DNA of 58,008 nt, taken from Wenzhouxiangella sp. GTDB lineage: Bacteria > Pseudomonadota > Gammaproteobacteria > Xanthomonadales > Wenzhouxiangellaceae. Where the stretch lies: assembly GCA_007123575.1 (NCBI GenBank), contig SKKV01000141.1, positions 1 to 58,008 on the forward strand, read 5' to 3'. This document shows positions 26,818 to 35,673 of this stretch, in pieces (position 1 is the stretch's first letter; every line of letters starts with the position of its first letter). The position numbers were made by a program, and so were the translations under genes. The notes beneath the pieces are model-generated. The model was not told where the DNA came from. It was given only the letters and a program-made list of their open reading frames with translations, and did not search any database.

Positions 26818-28800
26818 CTAGGGAGCCTCGGCCAGCTGCGCATCCTCGCCGACCAACAGCGACTCCAGCCGGGCCAGGCGCTCCTCGAGCTCCGCATTGT
26901 GCGCAGCGATCTGACGCAACTCGGCATTTTCTCGCTTAAGCGTATCAACCCGCCGAGCCAACTCGGCATCGCGTTCGGCCCGTTCGGACAACATGGCCTG
27001 GAGCCACTGCTCGCGCTCCTGCATGGCACTGATCAGGAGGACGGACAAACGGGCATACCGAATGCTGTCAGGGCGCCCCTCGGCATCGAACACCACCAGG
27101 GAAGGATCGATTTCTGCAAGCTCTTCGGCGATCAGCCCAAGATCCTCTTTACCATCGGCCGTGAATCGATACCTGACCGGACGCATCGACATCACCTGCG
27201 CCCAGCCCAGTTCGATCTCTTCAATCTCTGTCTTATAGCGCAGGCTGCTGCTCGAGCACGGCGCCAATCGGCCGGTACTGGGCACCCGGCAAACCTCCTC
27301 GGAACCCACCGTGGTGCCCAATGAGCCCACAAACACAGTGCTTCCGAAATTACCTTGTCCGGTCGTCAGAATGTTTTCGCTTCTGATCGTACCGTCCACA
27401 TCGAGCGGGTGGGCAGGCGCTGCCGTACCAATTCCAACGGAGGCATCTACCAGGAGCTGGCCGGCAATTTCAGTGTCACCGCCCAGCCGGGTATCGCCAG
27501 CCACGTCCAGCAAGGCCTGAGGGCTATTGGTGTTGATGCCGACGCCACCGTCGGCGGCAATCAGGAACTGATCTTCCGCTGTCGATTCGAATTCATCCTG
27601 TAGCCCGCCCCGGCTGTCTGACCAAACGAAGCTGCCATCATGCAGGGCCCAGGCAGCCTTGCCGGCTGCCATCGAATAGTCACCCATGGCCCGGTTGCGA
27701 TAACCGCCGGGAACATGGGCATATTCGCCGTTGGCCCAGTTCAGTTCACCACCAGCCACGGTAGCACCCTCACCATGAGCACGGTTAAAGCGCCCGCCGC
27801 CGATGAAGCTGTTGTCGCCGAACGCCTCATGGTCACGACCGGCAGCGACACCGCTATTGGCGCCATGCACCTCGTTATTCCAACCGCCGCCAATAAACCC
27901 CCAGGTTGCGTTTTCTTCAATGACATTATTTTGACCACCAGCTACGACGCTTCTCAGCCCATGGGCCTCATTGAATCGACCACCACCGACGAAAGAATAA
28001 TTTCTCGTCACCAGATTCCCGCCGCCGCCGGCAATCGAGGCGTGCTGGGCTGAAGATTCAATCTCGTTGTCATGACCGGTAAGGATGGCGCTATCAATTC
28101 CGTGAAGCCGGTGGTCTCTTCCGCCGCCGATAAACCCTCTCGCGGCGGTGACCTCGTTATTCCCGCCGGCAACGAAACTTCCCGCCCCTGATGCCACGTT
28201 GGAGCCACCGAAAGCACCACCAACCGCGATCGCATTCGTGCCTGACACCGTATGATCGGGTGAACCAAGCGCGACCGAACCCGCGGCATGGAATGTGGCC
28301 GCTGGCTGGTCAGTGCCAACGCCAACCCTCCCGTCCAGATAAAACGCCGTGGTCCCGACCAGTTCAAACGGCGAAGCGCCTTCCGGGCCTTCCGGGCCTT
28401 CCGGGCCTTCCGGGCCTTCCGGGCCTTCTGGACCCTCTGGACCCTCTGGACCCGCTGGCGTCATCGCGAACTGGGCCATGGGTGCTGCCGTGATCGGCTG
28501 ACGCGGGGCCATGGTGGTTCCTTCAACGCTGACCTGCAGATAAAGACTGCTGCCGTCGAATACATCACCGAAATCCAGCTCCACCTGAAACAGGCCATCG
28601 GTCACCGTCACATCGGATTTACTGACGAGACCGCCGACCGCACTGCCTGCGTTTAGGCTGTCGTATAGCCGAAACGTCATGTCGGCCGTTCCGGTGTAGG
28701 GACCGGATTGGTCATGGAGCTGGCCCTGGTAGGTAATGGGCGCGGCCAGGGCGGCCGTAGCCAGCCAAAGCAATAGCATCAGGATCAATAGTTTTCTCAT
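26818..28800 (-). CDS. Secreted fibre/adhesin-like protein: collagen-like segment, Gly-rich head repeats, Peptidase_S74 autocleaving chaperone, coiled coil
   Basis: Signal peptide MRKLLIL..ALA; ITYQGQL N-domain; (GPE)8; ~14-aa S(F)IGGG.xN repeats; GVGINTNSPQALLDVAG repeats; SSSLRYKTEI..L..V..MRPVRY...GLIAEEL (S74). Confidence 0.85.
   Translation of the reverse strand: MRKLLILMLLLWLATAALAAPITYQGQLHDQSGPYTGTADMTFRLYDSLNAGSAVGGLVSKSDVTVTDGLFQVELDFGDVFDGSSLYLQVSVEGTTMAPRQPITAAPMAQFAMTPAGPEGPEGPEGPEGPEGPEGPEGPEGASPFELVGTTAFYLDGRVGVGTDQPAATFHAAGSVALGSPDHTVSGTNAIAVGGAFGGSNVASGAGSFVAGGNNEVTAARGFIGGGRDHRLHGIDSAILTGHDNEIESSAQHASIAGGGGNLVTRNYSFVGGGRFNEAHGLRSVVAGGQNNVIEENATWGFIGGGWNNEVHGANSGVAAGRDHEAFGDNSFIGGGRFNRAHGEGATVAGGELNWANGEYAHVPGGYRNRAMGDYSMAAGKAAWALHDGSFVWSDSRGGLQDEFESTAEDQFLIAADGGVGINTNSPQALLDVAGDTRLGGDTEIAGQLLVDASVGIGTAAPAHPLDVDGTIRSENILTTGQGNFGSTVFVGSLGTTVGSEEVCRVPSTGRLAPCSSSSLRYKTEIEEIELGWAQVMSMRPVRYRFTADGKEDLGLIAEELAEIDPSLVVFDAEGRPDSIRYARLSVLLISAMQEREQWLQAMLSERAERDAELARRVDTLKRENAELRQIAAHNAELEERLARLESLLVGEDAQLAEAP
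28381..28452 (-). repeat. 9-bp tandem repeat x8 encoding (Gly-Pro-Glu)8
   Basis: Plus strand TTCCGGGCC x5 then (T/C)TCTGGACC x3. Confidence 0.95.
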
Positions 28801-28884
28801 CGCAGTCTGCTCCCGGAATCTTGGTGTATCAGTCGAATCATCGGCCCGAGGCAGAATTAGCCTCAAGACCGGTGTTACCCTCAA

Positions 28885-28913
28885 CAAACGCGGTCTGCAG
28901 AGATTCGCGACAG
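28885..28913 (-). promoter_or_regulatory. Putative ECF promoter of the fibre gene
   Basis: Minus strand CTGTCGCG-aatctctgcagacc(14)-GCGTTTG, 84 nt upstream of ATG; same motif found before the protease gene. Confidence 0.65.
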
Positions 28914-29070
28914 ACAGCCAAACGGTCACCCTGGTTGATGAGTTAATACGCCGACTGGCTGGCGAATCGGTCGAGCACATGGTAGCCAACGCACGACCGT
29001 TCCAGTCCGTCTTCAGACGCGGTCACATGATCCGGCACTGCCCTGGAATAACGGCGCTGCGTCGGCTTGT

Positions 29071-32028
29071 TCAATCGCCCTCAAAACGATCATGGAACAA
29101 GACCGGCCCGGTCACCTCCACGCTCACGGGAACCTCGATGAGCGGATTGTCCGGGTCGTTGCTCTGCAGGCATAGCAGCGCTTCGTGCATGCCCTGATCC
29201 AAATCGCCGGCATCGACGGTTACCGTGACGTCGGACTGCTGGCCGCCGGCGGTGCTGCCACTGTCCGGAGTAACGCTAAGCCAGTCGATATCGGACGGCG
29301 AGTCGCAGCCGCTGACGAGTTGGGCTCGGACCATCAGGGCCCGGTGCGTGGGCTCAATATCGGTTATCGGCTGCCAACCCCCGCCGTCAAGCGCGAAGTA
29401 ACTGCCTTCACCGCCCGGACCGGTGCTGTCGAGCATGACGCTGACTCGTTCCGGAACCGATTGATAACTGACTCCGATATAAACCGTGCCGCTGTCGATG
29501 ATGGCACCGCCGGTGCCGGTATTGACCGTGAACCACAGTGGATTGGTGGCCACGTTCGGGTAGGTGACGGCACCGGCAAGCAGCAGGCTGCCCGGCCGAC
29601 CACCGGGCCCATCGCTGTCGAAAACCAGGACATTGAAAGTAAACGGTTCGTCACGCGCCTGATCGGCGGCCCTGAATGCCACGCATATCCGATTCAGCAA
29701 CCCTGGCTGGCCGACGGCAAAGCCCTCGACAAAGGTAGCTGTCGCAACTTCGCCAGGGACGAATCCCCAGGAGAAATTCGGTAGACCATCGTCGTTGATA
29801 AGCATGCCGGGTGAGTCTGGATCGGCGCAGGAGAAACCGCTTCGCGCGGAGCCAACACTAATGTCGGCCATTGGGGACACGCCGCCAGCCTCGAGCCGGG
29901 CCGCACCTGGTAGCGTGGTTGCTGTTGGCTGGCTGCTAAGCAAGGCCGTTTCGATTCCCCACGTCAATGTACCTCCGCCCATGTTGCTGATCTGGAGGCT
30001 GAGCTGATCGGTCTCGCCAACGTCCAGGGTAGTGGCCAGGCTGGCCGGGGAAACGCTGATCTCCGCTGCTTCGGGCGGCGGCTGATAAGTGACCGTAACG
30101 GTGCGATTGGAACTGATCGACGAGACAGTGCAGCTGGCACCGGACACCGAATCGCAGCCAGACCAGCCGTCGAACTGCTGGCCACTGGCCGTGCCGGGGG
30201 CTGTCAGGGTCACGGTCGTTCCCTGGGTCACGCTGAGACTGTAGTTAGTGGTGCCGCCAAAGCCGCTGGGCGAGGAGGAAATTGCGACATTGCTGACACC
30301 GCTGGAATTCACCTGGAGGGTGCGCTGCGGTGCCACGTAATTGACCGTTACGCTCCTGTCTGCGCTAATCGAATTGATGGTGCACTGGCTGCCCGAGGTA
30401 CTGTCACAGCCGGTCCAGCGATCAAAATCATTGCCGCCCACGCTGGGCGGCGCGGATAGCTGGATGCTGGAACCCGCCGTTACCACTCGACTGTAGTTGG
30501 TGGTGCCACCATGGCCAGTCGAGCTGGTAATCGCAACATTGCTGGCACCATCCGAGTTCACTTCGAGAGAGAAAACGGGCTCCGGGTCCAGCAACTCCGG
30601 ACAGCGCGGGTTGGCCGGATGAAGCTGGCCCTGCGCAACCACATGATCACGCATGATGTTGGGCACCTGCTCCGGGTCGTTGCCAAAGGGGTGGCCACGG
30701 CCGAGCGTGGGCGCGACGTTGGACAAACCAGGCTGTAGCGTATGGCAATAACTCATCAGCGTACCAGACCCCTGTCCCGGCGGGCCGGGCAGAGAAGTCG
30801 GCCCACTGAAGCAGCCCGGCTCCTGACCAAAACACTGATCGATGCCATAGCAGTGAGTATGCTGGGAATCGAAGTTGTGGCCGATTTCGTGGGCGACGAC
30901 CGAGTAGTCCCAGGTACCGGGCGCGTTGCCGGCCTGGTAGTCGCGAGAGATGCCGCGACTGACGGCAAAATCGCCGACGATGTCATCGCGCTCGCCGGAA
31001 AAACCGGTGCAGTTGTCGCCGATATCAAAAGGTAGGAATTGGCTGGCCGACCTGCACAAAACCCCTCGCCAGGCTACACCGTCGCGCGAGCCCGGGCCAG
31101 CGCTGTTGGCGGTTAAGAAGTGGGCAATGGTGCGGTCCTGGTCAACATTGTTTGCGCTGTCATTCCAGAAAATGCCGAACTCGGCCAGCAGGCACAAGGG
31201 GCTGGGGTTGCCGGTGTTCTGCCAGGGCTGCGCTGCCGCCGAGTTCCAAAGGCTGATACTGGAAATCACCAATTCGGTATCCAGTTCATCCTCGTAAATG
31301 CCGGAAATGAAATTGATCAGGTCACCCAGGTAGTCCTGGGCCTCACTGGTGGACCCGAACAGATCGAAAAAGGAAAAGTCACTTTCGAAGGCCACGCGCA
31401 CCCGGTATCGGCCAGACTCACGCAGCCATCGCTCGCCCTCCGGCATGAGACGCTCGGACAGGTCAGGCGCGACAGCGCGAAAATCCAGCGGCTGTTCCAA
31501 CTCATGATTGCCACACTGAAATTCGTCGTGGACATGGTCGATGGACGGCTCGCGGTCTTGATCACGACGAAGCCGCATGCGGCCGGGTGAACCGGCTGGA
31601 TCGGAAGCAGGTCGATTGGAAATGGCCCACTGCCCGCCACGCCCGGCCAAGCTGCCCCGCACATCGCCCTCTGGTCCGACTGACAAGGCCACGTTCGAAT
31701 CCGGTTGACCGGCGATACGTCCCCGATACCAGACACGCTCGGAACGGATGGTGCCAAGCTCCCGACCATTGACCCGGGTGCGGGCGCCAGGGGCAAAGGG
31801 ATCGACTCGCTCCAGCCTGAGCTTCAGGGGCTGGTCGTCGGCCAGGAGATTGTGCACATCAATGCGCGCGGCCGGGCTGTCAGCGATAGACCGCCACTGG
31901 ACGGCATCGTCCGGATCCAGTATCTCGACCTCGGCAAGCGCCGGTGCTGCCAGCACCAGCAGCATGGCAAGCGCCAGGCTTGCCGCCGAAACCCAAGCTG
32001 TAGCCCAGGGTTGAAAACGCTCCATCAT
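29071..32028 (-). CDS. Secreted modular zinc metalloprotease (M12/reprolysin-like) with InlB-B-like repeats and BACON/Ig-like domain
   Basis: GGAGG RBS, signal peptide, prodomain with FQCG switch-like Cys, HEIGHNFDSQH zinc motif, TLMSYC Met-turn, two ~85-aa F..W.GC repeats, WLSVTP.SG..SNDPDNP domain, ends LFHDRFEGD. Confidence 0.88.
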   Translation of the reverse strand: MMERFQPWATAWVSAASLALAMLLVLAAPALAEVEILDPDDAVQWRSIADSPAARIDVHNLLADDQPLKLRLERVDPFAPGARTRVNGRELGTIRSERVWYRGRIAGQPDSNVALSVGPEGDVRGSLAGRGGQWAISNRPASDPAGSPGRMRLRRDQDREPSIDHVHDEFQCGNHELEQPLDFRAVAPDLSERLMPEGERWLRESGRYRVRVAFESDFSFFDLFGSTSEAQDYLGDLINFISGIYEDELDTELVISSISLWNSAAAQPWQNTGNPSPLCLLAEFGIFWNDSANNVDQDRTIAHFLTANSAGPGSRDGVAWRGVLCRSASQFLPFDIGDNCTGFSGERDDIVGDFAVSRGISRDYQAGNAPGTWDYSVVAHEIGHNFDSQHTHCYGIDQCFGQEPGCFSGPTSLPGPPGQGSGTLMSYCHTLQPGLSNVAPTLGRGHPFGNDPEQVPNIMRDHVVAQGQLHPANPRCPELLDPEPVFSLEVNSDGASNVAITSSTGHGGTTNYSRVVTAGSSIQLSAPPSVGGNDFDRWTGCDSTSGSQCTINSISADRSVTVNYVAPQRTLQVNSSGVSNVAISSSPSGFGGTTNYSLSVTQGTTVTLTAPGTASGQQFDGWSGCDSVSGASCTVSSISSNRTVTVTYQPPPEAAEISVSPASLATTLDVGETDQLSLQISNMGGGTLTWGIETALLSSQPTATTLPGAARLEAGGVSPMADISVGSARSGFSCADPDSPGMLINDDGLPNFSWGFVPGEVATATFVEGFAVGQPGLLNRICVAFRAADQARDEPFTFNVLVFDSDGPGGRPGSLLLAGAVTYPNVATNPLWFTVNTGTGGAIIDSGTVYIGVSYQSVPERVSVMLDSTGPGGEGSYFALDGGGWQPITDIEPTHRALMVRAQLVSGCDSPSDIDWLSVTPDSGSTAGGQQSDVTVTVDAGDLDQGMHEALLCLQSNDPDNPLIEVPVSVEVTGPVLFHDRFEGD

Positions 32029-32072
32029 GACCTCCGTAGCCTCTGTGACAATTTTTTGCTGGCTACCAACAT

Positions 32073-32102
32073 CAAACGCAATCGCGCTGCAACGCGCGAC
32101 AG
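32073..32102 (-). promoter_or_regulatory. Putative ECF promoter of the metalloprotease gene
   Basis: Minus strand CTGTCGCG-cgttgcagcgcgatt(15)-GCGTTTG, 44 nt upstream of ATG. Confidence 0.65.
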
Positions 32103-32138
32103 CATTCGGGATATCAGGCGGACAAGCCGCTGGTGTTT

Positions 32139-33290
32139 TTATTCCTTGCTGGCCTGGTTCAACCGAATCTCACCCCCGTCGCGCACCCAAAGGTCACGCT
32201 GCGGGAACGGAATTTCGATGCCAGTTTCGTTCAGGGCCTTGTAGATCTTCATGTAGAGCTCATGAGTGACCCGGCCTCGCTCGACGGGAAGGTCGACCCA
32301 GCACAGCAGCTCGAAGTCCAGGCTGGAGTCGCCAAAACCACGCATCCGCACTCTCGGCGTTGGATCCTTGCAGACGCTATCGTGATTGGCGGCAATACCC
32401 TCCAACAGCTCAACCACCTCATCGACATCGGAACCGTAGGCAACACCAACCTTGAGCCGGATACGGAATTTGACCCAGCGGCCGCCCGATTCGTTGTAGA
32501 TCTTGGAATTGGCCATCTCCGAATTCGGTACCGTGATTTCGACATCGTCGCGGGTCAGCAAGCGGGTCGAGCGAATGCCGACCTTGGTGACTTCACCGCG
32601 ATCTCCGGAGTCCAGAACGATGTAATCGCCGAGTTTGTAAGGCGAATCGGCAATGATGAAAAACCCGGCAAACAGGTTGGCCAGGGTGTCGCGGGCGGCG
32701 AAGCCAACGGCAATACCGATCACACCGGCCGAGGCCAGCCAGGCAGTGGGGTTGATGTCCCAGACCATCAGCAGCGCGTAGGCCGCCGCGCCGATGATCA
32801 GGATGGTCATGATCAGATCGAACAGCGGCAGGGTGCGCTCTTCGACAATCTCGTAGCGATCACGAATTCGACTCAGGATCTCCAGGCCAAGATGACTGGC
32901 CCGCATGGCCGACTTGATCAGGCGCAGGATCAGCAGGCTCAACAGGATGCGGATCAGGACCTGTTCGACGCGCTCGGCCAGGCCCAACACCTGGATCGCG
33001 AGTACCAGGGCGATATAGCCGACCATCAGGGCGGCAACATTGGCAACGATGCGAATCAGCCGGGGCCCCAGATCCGGGCTGGTGCGCCTGATCAGCTTGT
33101 TGCCCCAGTTCAGAACCATGGCTCGACCGATCACGGCCACGCCGATCCCCACCACCATCACGATCAGGGACAGCACGATGGGGTAGGTGGCCAGGAAATC
33201 CCAGATCGGCACCATGCCGTCGGGCAGCCACAGCGGCGCTTCGGCGCGGTGACGGGCTGCTTCCGCGGCCAACTCGACGTTTTCCGTCAT
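32139..33290 (-). CDS. Small-conductance mechanosensitive channel (MscS family)
   Basis: LASAGVIGIAVGFAARDTLANLFAG, PYKLGDYI, GEVTKVGIRST, VPNS, GIEIPFPQRD. Confidence 0.92.
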   Translation of the reverse strand: MTENVELAAEAARHRAEAPLWLPDGMVPIWDFLATYPIVLSLIVMVVGIGVAVIGRAMVLNWGNKLIRRTSPDLGPRLIRIVANVAALMVGYIALVLAIQVLGLAERVEQVLIRILLSLLILRLIKSAMRASHLGLEILSRIRDRYEIVEERTLPLFDLIMTILIIGAAAYALLMVWDINPTAWLASAGVIGIAVGFAARDTLANLFAGFFIIADSPYKLGDYIVLDSGDRGEVTKVGIRSTRLLTRDDVEITVPNSEMANSKIYNESGGRWVKFRIRLKVGVAYGSDVDEVVELLEGIAANHDSVCKDPTPRVRMRGFGDSSLDFELLCWVDLPVERGRVTHELYMKIYKALNETGIEIPFPQRDLWVRDGGEIRLNQASKE

Positions 33291-34234
33291 AAAGATGAAT
33301 ACTCCTGCTTTCGCTGAGCCGCCTCGGGCTGGGACTTCGGGCCGAGGTGGGCCTGACCGCGCTTGCGGGCCAGGGCAATCTGGCGCACGCGCTCGCGCAA
33401 CCCGGCTAGGCGGCGAGTCTCGAACTGTTGCCCGCACAAGCCACAGTCGCGCTGAGCATTTATCGGCGGCATGCCGTCGGCACCCAGCCCTTCCACCGGC
33501 CGGCTGCAGGCCGCGCAAATCAGGCGCCCGGTGGGCTTGAGATCATGATCAACCGCGATGCGGTCATCGAAGACATAGCACTCTCCCTGCCATAGCGACT
33601 GCTCGGCCGGGATATCGCGCAGGTAGTTCAAAATGCCACCTTCGAGCTGAAACACCTGATCATAACCGTTGGCCAGCAGCCAGGCACTGGCCTTTTCGCA
33701 GCGCACCCCGCCGGTGCAAAACATGGCTACGGGCCGGTCGGTCTGCAGATGCTCAAGCGCCCAGTCGCGAAAATCGGTGAAGGTCTCTATAGCCGGGTCG
33801 ACAGCGCCCCGGAAGCTGCCGATCTCGTATTCATAGTGGTTGCGCGTGTCAACAAGTTGAACCTCCTCGCGCTGCAGCAGGGCATGCCAGTCTTCCGGCT
33901 TCAGGGCCTGCCCGGTGGGCGCCTGACCGGGCTTGAGCGCCGGGTCGAAGGTGATGATTTCAGGCCGAATCCGGACCCTCAGCCGTAGAAAAGGCACGCA
34001 ATCGACACTCACCCAATTGCTGACCAGCTGGTCGATGCCATGCGCGGCGTCAAGATATTCCAGCCAGGCATCCAGGGCTTCCCTGGACCCACCCAGGCTG
34101 AAATTGATCCCTTCTTCGGCCAGCAGCACGGTGCCGACCAGGTCGAGCTCGGCGGCCTTCACCTTCAGCCGTTCGCGCAGCAGTGGCAGCTTGGCCAGGT
34201 CGATGAAGCGGTAGGCACTAAGAAGCTGTGGCAT
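33287..34234 (-). CDS. trhO: Rhodanese-domain tRNA uridine(34) hydroxylase (TrhO/YceA, UPF0176)
   Basis: GTVLLAEEGIN, DTRNHYEYEIGSF.GA, MFCTGGVRCEKA, QLEGGILNY, WQGECYVFDDR. Confidence 0.88.
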   Translation of the reverse strand: MPQLLSAYRFIDLAKLPLLRERLKVKAAELDLVGTVLLAEEGINFSLGGSREALDAWLEYLDAAHGIDQLVSNWVSVDCVPFLRLRVRIRPEIITFDPALKPGQAPTGQALKPEDWHALLQREEVQLVDTRNHYEYEIGSFRGAVDPAIETFTDFRDWALEHLQTDRPVAMFCTGGVRCEKASAWLLANGYDQVFQLEGGILNYLRDIPAEQSLWQGECYVFDDRIAVDHDLKPTGRLICAACSRPVEGLGADGMPPINAQRDCGLCGQQFETRRLAGLRERVRQIALARKRGQAHLGPKSQPEAAQRKQEYSSL

Positions 34235-34308
34235 ATCCTGGCAAATAACGTGGTGAGGCCCCATTGTAGCGCTAGCCCGCCTGCTTTCGCCGAAATATGA
34301 AAACGTTC

Positions 34309-34338
34309 TTGCCGCCAGGCAATCTTCCACGCTATAAT
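34309..34338 (+). promoter_or_regulatory. Sigma70 promoter of rpsB-tsf
   Basis: TTGCCG-18 nt-TATAAT upstream of the S2 leader. Confidence 0.65.
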
Positions 34339-34380
34339 TGAAGGGATTTGCTTGGCAGGTTTGCCAAGAATCAAACAAAA

Positions 34381-34475
34381 AACACACGCTGATCGTCACA
34401 GGTTGCGGGGTTGCCGGATGCTTGGGTTCAAGCACCTGGTTCGCAGACCTAAGGATCGGCGGAGGCTTAAACCCC
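34381..34475 (+). ncRNA. rpsB 5' leader (t44 / S2 autoregulatory RNA)
   Basis: ACACACGC...GCGGGGTTGCC...GGAGGCTTAAACCCC matches the conserved ACACAC/GGGGT/GGAGGC..AACCCC architecture of gammaproteobacterial rpsB leaders. Confidence 0.8.
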
Positions 34476-34566
34476 GGATACAAACATGGCAGGCACCGAC
34501 CCGATACGCCAAAGGCACGGGCGGCAAGGCTTGATTCGTTGTATCCAACTGCAAAAGGTAATAGAT

Positions 34567-35619
34567 ATGCCCAACGTCACCATGCGCCAGATGCTCGAAG
34601 CTGGCGTTCATTTCGGCCACCAGACCCGCTACTGGAACCCCAAGATGGAGCCGTTCATTTTCGGCGCCCGCGGGAAGATCCACATCATCAACCTGGAAGA
34701 AACCCTGCCCCTGCTGAAGGAATCGCTGGATTTCCTGAGCCGGCTGGCCAGCCGCCGCGGCACCGTCATGTTCGTCGGCACCAAGCGCGCTGCCGGCACG
34801 GCGATTGCCGAAGAAGCCGCGCGCTGCGGCAGCCCGTACGTTTCTCATCGCTGGCTCGGCGGCATGCTGACCAACTTCCGCACCGTCCGTCAGTCGATCA
34901 ACCGTCTCAAGGAGCTTGAGCAGATGGAGGTGGACGGCAGCTTCCAGCGCCTGGTCAAGAAGGAAGTCCTGCAGCTGACCCGCGAGCGCGACAAGCTCGA
35001 GCGCAGCCTGGGCGGCATCAAGGACATGAACGCCCTGCCGGACGCCTTGTTTGTTATTGACGTCGGCCATGAGTCGATTGCCGTGGCCGAGGCCCGCAAG
35101 CTCAAAATCCCAGTCGTTGCCGTGGTCGACACCAACCACTCGCCGGCAGGCATTGATTACGTGATTCCGGGCAACGACGACGCGATTCGCTCGATTCGCC
35201 TGTATGCCCAGCTCGCTGCAGACGCCATTCTGGAAGGGCGCGCATCGACTCCTGTCGCTGGCGGCGATGACGACGAATTCGTCGAGCTCGACGCCGATGG
35301 CAACCCGATCGAGTCCAGCCCGGAAACTCGCAAGAGCGCGCCGGCCAAGAAGAAGGCTGCGGGTCGCGTTTCCAAGAAGACCGCTCGCAAGAAACCCGCT
35401 GAGGCGTCTGAACAGGCTGCCGCCGATGCGGCGGAGACTACAGAAGCTGCTGACACAACGGAAAAAGCGGAAGGCGCGGAGAAAGCAGAATCAGCCGAAG
35501 CTGCCCCGGCTGCCGAGCCCAAAGCTGAAGCCAGTGCCGAGCCGGCACCAAAGAAGGTCAGCAAGAAAAAGGCCGTCAAGAAAGCTGCCGCCAAGGACGA
35601 CGACGCCGGCGCTTCCTGA
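34567..35619 (+). CDS. rpsB: 30S ribosomal protein S2 with long C-terminal extension
   Basis: [42 protein letters not shown]. Confidence 0.98.
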   Translation: MPNVTMRQMLEAGVHFGHQTRYWNPKMEPFIFGARGKIHIINLEETLPLLKESLDFLSRLASRRGTVMFVGTKRAAGTAIAEEAARCGSPYVSHRWLGGMLTNFRTVRQSINRLKELEQMEVDGSFQRLVKKEVLQLTRERDKLERSLGGIKDMNALPDALFVIDVGHESIAVAEARKLKIPVVAVVDTNHSPAGIDYVIPGNDDAIRSIRLYAQLAADAILEGRASTPVAGGDDDEFVELDADGNPIESSPETRKSAPAKKKAAGRVSKKTARKKPAEASEQAAADAAETTEAADTTEKAEGAEKAESAEAAPAAEPKAEASAEPAPKKVSKKKAVKKAAAKDDDAGAS

Positions 35620-35673
35620 TCGGCGCCGCCTCGGGCGAACACTTTTTCCAAGGATTGTTGAGGAATTGATTCA

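Noticed and set aside
28381-28452. Phase-variation ON/OFF repeat
   Set aside because: The 9-bp unit keeps the frame, so copy-number change would only alter collagen length
26818-28800. Prophage, suggested by the tail-fibre/S74 domain
   Set aside because: The protein has a Sec signal peptide, and no capsid, terminase, integrase or lysis genes are nearby
33287-34300. Absence of map-glnD upstream of rpsB (and dnaE after rnhB) as gene loss
   Set aside because: map and dnaE are essential and almost certainly relocated; a synteny break alone is not evidence of loss
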